Assembly (NCBI GenBank): GCA_963422735.1
Contig: OY730476.1
Location: 1,280,001-1,344,000, forward strand
Direction of reading: 5' to 3'
DNA length: 64,000 bases
From: Candidatus Latescibacterota bacterium
GTDB lineage: Bacteria > Latescibacterota > UBA2968 > UBA8231
The position numbers and the translations under genes were made by a program. Of this stretch, positions 55,600 through 64,000 are shown piece after piece (positions within the stretch are counted from its first letter, which is position 1; every line of letters starts with the position of its first letter). The notes under the pieces were generated by a model that was not told the DNA's origin, ran no database searches, and saw nothing but the letters and a program-made list of their open reading frames with translations.

Positions 55600-56178
55600 T
55601 CAGGGTGCCTTGCGCACGCCTTGGAGGAAGATCCGCATGATGGTATCGACCATCGCCTCGACGCTCATGCCCTTTGCGTGGATCATCACCGAGCGCACCA
55701 TACCGCGGAGGATAGCGGCTTCGACCTGCGGGTGCTCGACGGAGAAGACGCCCTGTTCAGCACCGTTTTGCAGGACCTCCTCGATCGCTGCGCGCTGGAT
55801 GCCCCGTTCCTCGCGCCAGCGCTTGCGGTTTTCGCCCTTGCCGTCCTCGCTCTTGCCGTCTTCGTGCCACATCAGGCGGAAGAAGAAGCGGTTCTGGTTG
55901 AAGAAGGAGACGATGGCGTGGACCATCCGGCGCAGTTCCTCTTCGGGGTCCTGCTGGCGATTGGCCTTGCGCTGGAGTTGCTCGTTGAGCCGCCGGATGC
56001 CTTCAAAAACCACCGCAAAGTACAGCTCTTCCTTGTCGGCAAAGTACGTGTAGATCGTCCCCTTGCCGACGCCAGCTTGGTGGGCAATGTCGTCCATGAG
56101 CACTTCGTCGAAGCGCTTGGCCGAGAAAAGACGAGCCGCCTTTTCGAGGATGTGCTTTCTGCGGTCTATTCTGGCCAT
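55600..56178 (-). CDS. TetR/AcrR family transcriptional regulator
   Basis: ILEKA..LF...F....MDDIA..AGVGKGTIY.YF.DKEEL. Confidence 0.93.
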   Translation of the reverse strand: MARIDRRKHILEKAARLFSAKRFDEVLMDDIAHQAGVGKGTIYTYFADKEELYFAVVFEGIRRLNEQLQRKANRQQDPEEELRRMVHAIVSFFNQNRFFFRLMWHEDGKSEDGKGENRKRWREERGIQRAAIEEVLQNGAEQGVFSVEHPQVEAAILRGMVRSVMIHAKGMSVEAMVDTIMRIFLQGVRKAP

Positions 56179-56189
56179 GGTATGAAATT

Positions 56190-56417
56190 TTACGCTGCAT
56201 CCACGGCAGCGTACACCTTGCCTTTTTGGGTCAACCAAGCCACATCTTCCCGTTCGGCGTGCTCCTTGACCTCCCGCAGGAGTTGAATCGTTTCAGATTC
56301 ATAGCACGGCTCGCTTGAGTCATCGGCTGGGACGACCATCTCGACCTCTACCGCAACCACAAACTTGTCCGTCTGAATCAGTCGCGTTCGCTTGATTCGC
56401 TGTCCGAGAATACGCAC
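56190..56417 (-). CDS. Small hypothetical protein (putative antitoxin-like partner)
   Basis: 75-aa ORF ...VVAVEVE.V..DD...P....T...L.EV..HA...D.AWL...GKVY, coupled to an upstream small ORF. Confidence 0.55.
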   Translation of the reverse strand: MRILGQRIKRTRLIQTDKFVVAVEVEMVVPADDSSEPCYESETIQLLREVKEHAEREDVAWLTQKGKVYAAVDAA

Positions 56418-56695
56418 GATCTAACCTCCATTAAAAAAATGCACGAGACACCCGTTTGACGCAGATGAGACCGAGCGGCTTTGCACTCCGTACCGTCGGG
56501 CAATGATTCGCGCACTTCGACAGCCGGGTTGGGCATCGCGTCTGGCCGCTCGGTGATCAATTCGCCGTCCTCCACCCCTGCGACCACCTGCCACTCCGTG
56601 GTACCGAGATCTTCCAAGCACTCGGAGGCGTGTTGACCGACGATATAACATTCCTCGGCAACTGGCCGCCGAGGAACGTTAAAGAGTGGTCCCAT
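56378..56695 (-). pseudogene. Degenerate DUF4258-like small protein (putative toxin)
   Basis: YIVGQHASE.LED.G..EWQVVAG; the 3' end runs out of register into the partner gene. It reads on the minus strand from the ATG at 56695. Confidence 0.4.
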
Positions 56696-56716
56696 CGGCT
56701 CCTACACCCCCAAGAC

Positions 56717-57349
56717 TTATTCTTCAAGAAACACATACCGTTCCAGTCTCGCTAGTTCGTCGTCATTGACGTATTTGCCGATTTCTCGTCGCCATTGGGC
56801 CATGCTCTTGTAGGGACGGTATTCTTCAAACTCGTGCGCCATCCGCTTGCCAACCCCCGGGATTGTGAGGAAATCCGCCTCGCTGGCACTGTTGAGTTCG
56901 AGTGGCACGAAGACGTATTGCTCCAGCCGCGCTAGTTCGTTGTCATCGGCGTATTTGCCGATTTCTCGTCGCCATTGGGCCATGCTCTTATAGGGACGGT
57001 ATTCTTCAAACTCGTGCGCCATCCGCTTGCCAACCCCCGGCACCAGTTTCATTTTGGCGTCGCTGGCGGTATTGAGGTTGATCGGCAGGAAGAGCTTGAC
57101 ATACAGTTCAGCTTGGACCGAGTCCGCTAGGGTCGAATCCAAATAGGCGTCGAACGCTTCCATACCGATAAAAGGTCGCCGCGCCATGATCCGATCGACC
57201 AATGCCGAATCGAGTTGCGCTAGGGCCAATAGCTGTTCGACGCCGGCCCGGTTGGGGTTGAGGACCGTTTCGTTTTTACCTACCTGCCCTTGGGCACTGC
57301 TGCCGTAAAGGCCGACGGCTAAGATCGCGGCTAAAATGACTCGCTGCAT
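56717..57349 (-). CDS. Secreted tandem helix-hairpin-helix (ComEA-like) protein
   Basis: Signal peptide; three ~60-aa units (L/I)N.N.A....L..(I/V)PGVG.RM..EFEEYRPY. Confidence 0.85.
   Translation of the reverse strand: MQRVILAAILAVGLYGSSAQGQVGKNETVLNPNRAGVEQLLALAQLDSALVDRIMARRPFIGMEAFDAYLDSTLADSVQAELYVKLFLPINLNTASDAKMKLVPGVGKRMAHEFEEYRPYKSMAQWRREIGKYADDNELARLEQYVFVPLELNSASEADFLTIPGVGKRMAHEFEEYRPYKSMAQWRREIGKYVNDDELARLERYVFLEE
56770..57040. repeat. Near-identical ~90-bp intragenic duplication with a 180-bp period
   Basis: 56770-56860 versus 56950-57040 differ at a single position. Confidence 0.92.
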
Positions 57350-57352
57350 GGC

Positions 57353-57814
57353 TTAATCCTCCTCGATTGTTTTCCGGCTCAGCACCGGATGTTGGTGCGT
57401 GTAAAGGAACCCGACCAATCCCAACTGGACCAGCGCTCCAGGTGCCAATGCCGGCATAGCACCGCTCAATGCCTTAGACAGCAGTTTTAACCCAGTCAGC
57501 GTTGGGTACATCTCCAATTCAAATTCCATATTGGCACTAAGATGCAACCAAAGGCCGACCATGCCGCCTAAGACGAAAGCCAGCATAGTCAAGCGAAACA
57601 GGCGCAGGATGACCGCGCCTCGGTAGAGCGTCCACGCTGCCAATAAGACCAATCCGAACCCCAACAACGCCAAGGGCACCTGTTGGCGCCATTCTTCAAA
57701 ATGTCCTAACAGCAGTAGCTCGCTACCTAGCCCCACAGATCCTAGGACAAAAATCAGCAGGACACCCCGCCGCAAGGAAATGGCCCCACGGTCTTTTTTA
57801 TTGTCGAACGTCAT
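57353..57814 (-). CDS. Hypothetical four-TM membrane protein
   Basis: Hydrophobic helices with ELLLLGHFEE, GLWLH..N.EFELE.YP and GAMPALAPG. Confidence 0.75.
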   Translation of the reverse strand: MTFDNKKDRGAISLRRGVLLIFVLGSVGLGSELLLLGHFEEWRQQVPLALLGFGLVLLAAWTLYRGAVILRLFRLTMLAFVLGGMVGLWLHLSANMEFELEMYPTLTGLKLLSKALSGAMPALAPGALVQLGLVGFLYTHQHPVLSRKTIEED

Positions 57815-57955
57815 GGATTTCCAAGCACCGCCCGCGACTGATCACATTTTCCAATTGGGCGCCGATAAATACTGGAATGGTCCAGCCTGTAGATGGGACC
57901 GTCAGAGCGATTTTGCACGGGGCGGCGATAGAATATCTCTTGTGTACATGTTAAT

Positions 57956-58855
57956 TTACTCAGCGTTCAACGTTTCGTTGAAGAAACGGATGGTGCGCTC
58001 CCAAGCCAGTTTGGCGGCCTCTTCGTCATAGCGGGGCGTGGTGTCGTTGTGGAAGCCGTGGTTGACGCTTGGATACATCTGCATCGCATAGTCGATGTCA
58101 GCTTCTTTTAGCGCGGCTTCGTACGCCGGCCAACCGACGTTGATTCTCTCATCTAGTTCGGCATAGTGAATCAGCAGCCGCGCCTTGATCTTGGGGACAC
58201 CTTCAGCCGCTGGTTGTCGGCCGTAAAAGGGCACGGCCGCCGAGATTATATCTGGTATCCGCACGGCCAGCGCATTGGACATGCCACCGCCAAAGCAGAA
58301 ACCGACGACGCCTACTTTGCCGCTACAGGCAGGATGCGTTTTGAGGTATTGGGCAGCCGCAATAAAGTCTTGCGTCATTTTCTCCCGGTCGAGTTGTCTT
58401 TGCAATGCTCGCCCTTCGTCGTCAGAGCCTGGATAGCCACCCAGTGGTGCCAGCGCGTCTGGTGCCAGCGCCAGAAAACCGGCCATAGCCACGCGGCGTG
58501 CGACATCTTCGATATAGGGGTTTAGCCCTCTATTTTCGTGGATGACGAGGACGCCTGGTATTTTGCTTTCCTCGGCAGCCGCGGGCCGTACGAGGATTGC
58601 TCGCGTCTTTTCGTGTCCCTGCGGCGAAAGATACGACACGTACTCGGTGGCAACGCGTTCATCATCTGCGGCCACTTGCTGAGCAAAGGCGTAGTTGGGA
58701 CTGAGGCTGTCCAGCAGCGCGGCAGCAGTCAGGCCGCCGATGGCAAAGCGGGCCGCATCGTCGAGAAACTGGCGGCGGTCCATGTCGCCGTGGACATAGC
58801 GATCGTACAAGTTGAGCAGTTGCGGATCGAATTCAACTGCGGTTTTCCGTTCCAT
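57956..58855 (-). CDS. Dienelactone hydrolase family protein (YghX-like)
   Basis: [41 protein letters not shown]. Confidence 0.93.
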   Translation of the reverse strand: MERKTAVEFDPQLLNLYDRYVHGDMDRRQFLDDAARFAIGGLTAAALLDSLSPNYAFAQQVAADDERVATEYVSYLSPQGHEKTRAILVRPAAAEESKIPGVLVIHENRGLNPYIEDVARRVAMAGFLALAPDALAPLGGYPGSDDEGRALQRQLDREKMTQDFIAAAQYLKTHPACSGKVGVVGFCFGGGMSNALAVRIPDIISAAVPFYGRQPAAEGVPKIKARLLIHYAELDERINVGWPAYEAALKEADIDYAMQMYPSVNHGFHNDTTPRYDEEAAKLAWERTIRFFNETLNAE

Positions 58856-58888
58856 AATTATCCCCTAGCTAATGGATAGATATGTGAT

Positions 58889-59250
58889 TCACAAGGTCAG
58901 TCGCGCCTTATTCCATTGTAAAAAGCGGCGGCGCACCTCCGCGACCATTTCTGCTGAGAAAGCGCGACAGTTTTGCTCGCGGTTCTCGTCGTGCAGCGCA
59001 TAGTCTAGCAAGCCCTTTTGTGGGTCGTAAATGAGGCGGTGTTCTTCTTTTCCATCGCTATAATAGATCTTGTTGATGATGCGGCATGTGGTCGTATCCT
59101 CGACGCGCCGCCGAGGGGGATTGCCGCCCTCGAGATAAATGAAAACGAGCAGGCTAATGGCGCGGAACTGCACTTCGGGTACTTGGTTGATTTCGACAAT
59201 CTAGTGGTAGAGCTTATTGAAGTCATCGGCGTGGATATTACTGACTAGAG
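58889..59250 (-). pseudogene. Gene remnant with an internal stop, 5' part disrupted by repeats
   Basis: One frame reads TLVSNIHADDFNKLYH*IVEINQVPEVQFRA...LQWNKARLTL*. Confidence 0.4.
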
Positions 59251-59323
59251 TGTGCCCGGCTTTGCCTAAGGCAAAAAAAGTGTGCAAGTCGTCACCCCAC
59301 AGATAGGTCGGGATGATGTTAAT

Positions 59324-59526
59324 AACTGGCGTTACGCAGCGGTTTGTCGCGGACGAACCCGTCCATGCGAGCGGTCCCCCGCTGGCTTCCTGCTTCCGCA
59401 GGAATATCCGTTGGGGGCCCGCCATTGCCGCACAGGCGGGCTTCACCGCACCTTTAGGCGTGACATATAGCAGGGGGGAGGCGAGGCGAAACCACGCAGG
59501 GTGCGGCAAACTGCGTAACATCTGTT
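59324..59526. mobile_element. Degenerate second copy of the 38482 MITE family
   Basis: Ends AACTGGCGTTACGCA / TGCGTAACATCTGTT; shares the internal GCGGGCTTCACCGCrCCTTTmGGCGkGACAT segment with 38642-38672. Confidence 0.65.
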
Positions 59527-59640
59527 AGTGCGTTACGCACAGGCTTCTTAGGTATCAGATGCGGAGCGGGCGGCTCGCGTCTAGCACAGGCTCTGACGAT
59601 GCGATTAGTGAGCCGGTATATTCGCTATTGTCCGTAGCCT

Positions 59641-60153
59641 TCATAGCATTTCCTCGACCAAGACCCTACTCGTCGGTTCCAAGATCTGGTAATCGGGAAT
59701 CTCGTAACGGTTGCCGTCGGCGTCTTGTACCAGTATCCGGCCATTGCCCAAATGGCGCACGTCGCGGCGACTGGAATAGATTTCAAAGAAGCGGGGTCCC
59801 CGGTCGGTCTCTACCTCCCAGCGCGGCACTCGGTTGGTCGTTGTCACCTTGACGATGCGCTGGATACGCGGGGTGAAATAGGCCCGCTCCAACTCGTCTT
59901 CCACAGCTTGGCGGCTGGCCTGGTCTAGCGCGTCGAGCCGGGCCAGCGAGCCAATCTCCTTGTCCTCGCAGTCTTGGACGACGATAAAGCGGTCGTCGCA
60001 GGTCAGTGGAAAAGCCCGTTTGACCCGGACCCTTGCATAGGTTCGATCCCCGGCTAACTCCAAGTTCAAGTCCTCGAAAGCATCGACGAAAAACCGCGCT
60101 TTGCCCGGGTCGAGATAGGTCACTTCAGCGGCTAAGTTATGGCACTGCTGCAT
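59641..60153 (-). CDS. DUF1854-like domain protein
   Basis: V...RAFP......I......EIG, L...YF.P.I..I, W.VETDRG, D..GNRY.IPD...L...S; follows an ABC transporter. Confidence 0.8.
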   Translation of the reverse strand: MQQCHNLAAEVTYLDPGKARFFVDAFEDLNLELAGDRTYARVRVKRAFPLTCDDRFIVVQDCEDKEIGSLARLDALDQASRQAVEDELERAYFTPRIQRIVKVTTTNRVPRWEVETDRGPRFFEIYSSRRDVRHLGNGRILVQDADGNRYEIPDYQILEPTSRVLVEEML

Positions 60154-60157
60154 GATT

Positions 60158-62482
60158 TTACCAAGCCCTCAGTTTGGACATTTCGGTCTGCATGCGGCAC
60201 AGATTGGCGTAGATGCCTTCCTGTGCAATCAGCTCGTCGTGGGTGCCTATCTCGGCGAGTTTCCCCTCGTCGAGGATGAGCAGGCGGTGTGCGTTTTTGA
60301 GGGTCGATAAGCGATGGGCAATAGCAAAGGTGGTGCGCCCTTGGACGAGCCGCTCCAACGCATCCTGAATCTGCGATTCGGTCTGGGTATCGACGTTGGA
60401 GGTAGCTTCGTCGAGGATGAGAATGCGCGGGTCGCGCAAAATGGCCCGGGCAATGGACAGCCGTTGCCGCTCGCCTCCGGACACGCGGGTGCCGCGCTCG
60501 CCTACCAAGGTGTCGTAGCCATCGGACATTTTCATGATGAAGTCGTGCGCATTAGCGGCCTTGGCCGCGGCCACGATCTGTTCGAGAGAAGCTGCGGGAT
60601 GGCCGTAGGCAATGTTGTCGGCCACCGTGCCGTTGAAGAGGAAAGGATCCTGCAAGACCACGCCAATCTGCTCGCGCAGCGATTTGAGGTTCACTTGGCG
60701 GGTGTCGTGGCCGTCGATGAGGATGGCCCCCTCCTGCGGCTCGTAGAAGCGGCAGATGAGGTTGATCAAGGTGCTCTTGCCAGCGCCGCTGTGGCCGGCC
60801 AAGCCGATCATTTCGCCCGGCTCGACGGCGAAGTTCAAATCCTCAATGACCGGCTTGTCTTCCTCATAGCCGAAGTGGACGCCACGAAATTCGACCCGGC
60901 CCTCGATGGGCGGCGTGATTAAAGCTCCAGGTTGATCGATCACCTCTGGGTGCGTATCGAGCACTTCAAAGACGCGCTCGGCCGAGGTGGCGGCGCGCTG
61001 GAAGCGGTGATTGAGGCGGCACAAGCTCTCCACTGGCCCGTAGAAGCGATACATGTAACTAGTAAAGGCGACAAAGGCCCCCAACGTCAGCTCACCGGCT
61101 AAAATATCGCGACCGCCGACCCACCAGATGATGATGGTGCCGATGGAGGTTATAAAGGCCATGACCGGGCCGAACAGGCTGCGCATCCACGCCACCCGCA
61201 ATTCGCCCTGCAGCAGATCGAGGTTGCGGCCCTTGAATTTGCCCACTTCCCGCTGTTCTTGGGCAAATGCCTTGACCACGCGCACCCCTGGGATGGTATC
61301 GGCCAACAGGGAGCTAAGGCCGGCCCAGCGGTGCCACAAAGGCCGGTAGATGGCGTGTAGCTTCCGGCCAAAGCGCAGCGTCGCCCACACCAACAGAGGC
61401 GTTGGCAGCAACACGAGGGCCGCCAACCCAGGATTGAGCGCAAAGAGGATGACGCAGATAATGACCAAGGTGAGCACATCGCGGATGGCTTCTTGCAAAC
61501 CGTCGCTGATAAAATCCTGCAAGCGGCCCACGTCTTGGGTGACGCTGGCCATAATGCGCCCGGTCTCGTTTTTGTTGTAATAACTAAGCGACAGCGCGTG
61601 GAGATGAGTGTACACCTCGTTGCGCAGACCGTAGGTGACGCGCTGGCCAATGCGGGCCATGATGTAGCCGCGCAGCCCCGACAAGCCGCTGACGGCGAGG
61701 TTCATCCATATCAACAAGCCCACCAGCCAAGCCAGCGCAGCGACTTTATCGTCTTCGGACACAGGCAGAAGAGCTAGCAAATCAAAGCCCACTCCATCGC
61801 TCGTAGACGAAAGGGCGCCGGCATTCAAAACATCGTCAATGAGAACTTTCATTAGCAGCGGCTGGCTCAAACCAATGGTCGTGGCCACCACCATGAGCAG
61901 CAGGCTCAGAGTAATGAGCTGCCAATGCGGCTTGGCATAGCCCAACAGCCGAAACAGCAGCTTGCCCTTTTCCAGACAGGCCGGGCATACTCCGTAGTGC
62001 CGCGGAATTACTTGGCCGCAGAGGTCGCAGCGCTTGCGCCCAGCCCGCGCCCCAGCCAACCGCCCGTGGAGTACTTGGCCATCGGTCTCCGCCGAGCGGG
62101 CTTGCTTGACCAAGCGCTCGACCTGATTGGGCAGTTCAGAAAGCGCTGGCACCAAGCTCTTGGAGAATACGGCCACGGTCGCGCCCCGCTCCTCGGTGCG
62201 GACCTTGAGAGCCGCGGTTCCCCAATCCTCGCGCACCTCCACCCCGCTTATTTCGTTCAGGGGCAAGCAGACCATATCGGGCGTCCCACCGCTGTCGGGG
62301 CTGAAAGCCAACAGCAGGTCGTCGGTGGCCATTAGCCACGCCTCGCCGTACTGGCCGTCGAGCTTAATATCGGTAGTTACCGCCAAGCGGAACTCTTCGT
62401 CGGGGCCTACTACCTCGGCCAGTTCGCGCCGAACCTGTGCTGGCACCGCCGTGCGAAAAGGCGGTTCTGCGTTTTCTGCCAT
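60158..62482 (-). CDS. Fused ABC exporter (TMD+NBD) with an N-terminal extension and Zn ribbon
   Basis: GHSGAGKST, VSGGERQR, ILILDEAT, IAHRLST; CDLC...CPAC before the TMD. Confidence 0.93.
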   Translation of the reverse strand: MAENAEPPFRTAVPAQVRRELAEVVGPDEEFRLAVTTDIKLDGQYGEAWLMATDDLLLAFSPDSGGTPDMVCLPLNEISGVEVREDWGTAALKVRTEERGATVAVFSKSLVPALSELPNQVERLVKQARSAETDGQVLHGRLAGARAGRKRCDLCGQVIPRHYGVCPACLEKGKLLFRLLGYAKPHWQLITLSLLLMVVATTIGLSQPLLMKVLIDDVLNAGALSSTSDGVGFDLLALLPVSEDDKVAALAWLVGLLIWMNLAVSGLSGLRGYIMARIGQRVTYGLRNEVYTHLHALSLSYYNKNETGRIMASVTQDVGRLQDFISDGLQEAIRDVLTLVIICVILFALNPGLAALVLLPTPLLVWATLRFGRKLHAIYRPLWHRWAGLSSLLADTIPGVRVVKAFAQEQREVGKFKGRNLDLLQGELRVAWMRSLFGPVMAFITSIGTIIIWWVGGRDILAGELTLGAFVAFTSYMYRFYGPVESLCRLNHRFQRAATSAERVFEVLDTHPEVIDQPGALITPPIEGRVEFRGVHFGYEEDKPVIEDLNFAVEPGEMIGLAGHSGAGKSTLINLICRFYEPQEGAILIDGHDTRQVNLKSLREQIGVVLQDPFLFNGTVADNIAYGHPAASLEQIVAAAKAANAHDFIMKMSDGYDTLVGERGTRVSGGERQRLSIARAILRDPRILILDEATSNVDTQTESQIQDALERLVQGRTTFAIAHRLSTLKNAHRLLILDEGKLAEIGTHDELIAQEGIYANLCRMQTEMSKLRAW

Positions 62483-62516
62483 GCTGCGTTCCGTCTCCTT
62501 CGGGCATTTGCCCCTT

Positions 62517-62679
62517 AGAAGCTGTCTGAAAACCCACCTTGGGGCGCGTTGAGCAAGCCGTAGAAACCCTCTTCGTCATTCCCGCGAAAGAACGTCGCCC
62601 CGTGCCCTGGCACGGGGCGGGAATCCAGCCGCTATCGTCTGTACCAAGGGACGGCCGCCAGAGTTTTCAGACAACTTCT
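62517..62679. mobile_element. 163-bp MITE with 17-bp terminal inverted repeats and nested REP hairpins
   Basis: AGAAGCTGTCTGAAAAC / GTTTTCAGACAACTTCT (16/17); inside, a GTCATTCCCGC...GCGGGAATCCAG unit interrupted by CGCCCCGTGCCCTGGCACGGGGCG. Confidence 0.75.
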
Positions 62680-62702
62680 TAAGCTATGCGACACCAGTTG
62701 CG

Positions 62703-62817
62703 TCGGTTCTAGGACGCCCACAAGGGACGCCCCTACGTTCCATGATATGGCCATTCTGTGCGACGGTCTCTAGGATGTCCACAAGGGACGCTCCTACATA
62801 TGGGCCATTCTGTGCGA
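62703..62817 (-). repeat. Tandem doublet of GTAG-type REP units
   Basis: Minus strand GTAGGrGCGTCCCTTGTGGrCrTCCTAGA twice, each preceded by TCGCACAGAATGGCC. Confidence 0.75.
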
Positions 62818-64000
62818 TGTGCGCATCACCCGCTTGCTCCACAGCGCCAGATCGTCCAACAGCGAATAGAGGGTTGGGGCCAGCATCAAGGTTAGCAGCG
62901 TCGAGGTGGCCAAGCCGCTGGCGACGACCAAGCCCACCGGTCCCCAGCGGCGGGCAAAGCCCTCAGACGTGCCATAGACCATCGGCAGCACGATCGGCAT
63001 CAGGTTGAGGATGGTGGTAAAGGCGGTCATCAGGATGGGTCTGAGTCGGTGCTGGCCGCCGAGGCAGATCGCCTCGCGCCGCGACAGCCCGCTCGCCCGG
63101 AGGTGGTTGATATGGGCTATTAGCACAATGCCGTTGTTGACGACGATGCCGAAGAGGATCAAAAGCCCCAAGGCACCGTTGTTGTCAAAGGGCACATCGA
63201 GGACATATAGCCCCAAGACCACGCCGATCAGGGAGAAAGGGATGGCGAAGATAATGGTGAAGGGATGGATCAGGGACTCGAAGAGCGAGGCCATAATGAG
63301 GTAGATTAGCAATACGGCAAAAATGGCGGTGAAGTTATTGTCGCTAGCCTCCTCTTGCTCCCAGCGCGCCGCCCGGCCCAAATCCCAGCTATAGCCGGGG
63401 GGTAGCTGCATTCCGTCCATCATCTGGCGGATCGGTTCCATCAGCGCACGGGCTGCGTTGCGGTCTTCGGTGTTGGCAAAGATGGTGATGTTGAGGACCC
63501 GATTCTCGCGTCTGAGATCGCGAGAGCCGCGGCCAAGCTGGAAGTCGGCCAACGACGCGAGCTGGACCGAGCTGCCATCGCGGCTCTCGTAGCGGCTGTT
63601 TTTGAGTTGTTCGAGGGAGGTGCGGTCGCCTTCGTTGAGCTGCATGACGATGTCGATTTCGCGGTCGTCGCTTTTGAAGCCGCTCGTGCGGCGGGTGCCC
63701 AACGCTGCAGAGATGCCTTGGGCCACCTCGCGCGGCGACAGTCCATAGCTGAGCGCTTGGGCGCGGTTGATCTCGACGCGGACTTCCTCCTCGCCATCTT
63801 CGAGGCTGCTATCGACGTCTTGGACCCCAGGGAGCTGTTCGAGACCGGCTTTGACGTCCTCCATCAGCACTGCTAGGACTTCTGGATTGCGGCCGTGGAG
63901 TTGGACTTCGACGCCGAGCTGGTTGCCGCTCCAACTGCGCGAGCGGCCCATTTTGTACGTGTAACCCACCTTTTCTGGCAGCAGTTCCTTGATCGCGTTG
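62794..64000 (-). CDS. RND efflux permease (AcrB/AcrD/AcrF family), 3' part
   Basis: YLIMASLFES..HP..I...IP, GIVVNNGIVL, RLRPILMT, GLATSTLLTL...P; continues beyond the window. Confidence 0.95.
   Translation of the reverse strand, partial: NAIKELLPEKVGYTYKMGRSRSWSGNQLGVEVQLHGRNPEVLAVLMEDVKAGLEQLPGVQDVDSSLEDGEEEVRVEINRAQALSYGLSPREVAQGISAALGTRRTSGFKSDDREIDIVMQLNEGDRTSLEQLKNSRYESRDGSSVQLASLADFQLGRGSRDLRRENRVLNITIFANTEDRNAARALMEPIRQMMDGMQLPPGYSWDLGRAARWEQEEASDNNFTAIFAVLLIYLIMASLFESLIHPFTIIFAIPFSLIGVVLGLYVLDVPFDNNGALGLLILFGIVVNNGIVLIAHINHLRASGLSRREAICLGGQHRLRPILMTAFTTILNLMPIVLPMVYGTSEGFARRWGPVGLVVASGLATSTLLTLMLAPTLYSLLDDLALWSKRVMRTSHRMAHM

Noticed and set aside
56770-57040. DGR template/variable repeat pair
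   Set aside because: Both copies are in-frame parts of one gene, there is no adenine-specific mutagenesis pattern, and no reverse transcriptase is present.
62703-62817. Mini CRISPR array
   Set aside because: There are only two imperfect units, the spacer is duplicated rather than unique, no cas genes are present, and it fits a GTAG REP.

Overview
64-kb window of a GC-rich bacterial chromosome. It is probably from a marine FCB-group organism, possibly a sponge-associated Latescibacterota-like one; this is inferred from gene content (Na+-pumping decarboxylase, PhyH dioxygenases, ASPIC/UnbV and TPR proteins, an LDL-receptor-like fragment), not proven. The backbone is housekeeping and catabolic: split transketolase, zinc-ribbon gene plus rnpB, pyrF, tRNA-Pro(TGG), amtB, recQ, phoX, biotin ligase, oadGBA, hydroxyacid-oxoacid transhydrogenase, hisI, a pncA-pncB-aminotransferase-nadE operon, an ABC exporter with a DUF1854-like partner, and an RND pump. 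Decaying accessory DNA is interspersed: a dead restriction endonuclease next to an intact Zn-ribbon DNA methyltransferase, a 4.7-kb island of small, partly broken genes, three TA or TA-like loci (two clearly disrupted), and several MITE/REP/heptamer repeat families. I found no CRISPR array, integrase, transposase or prophage. The best leads for something undescribed are: (i) a densely structured non-coding element at about 31995-32227 that overlaps an attC-like hairpin; (ii) a terminator/antiterminator-like leader upstream of the zinc-ribbon/rnpB locus; (iii) a MITE that inserted just after a start codon and rebuilt it; (iv) an uncharacterised membrane protein paired with a secreted tandem-HhH protein. 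All product calls come from motif recognition by eye; no database search was run.
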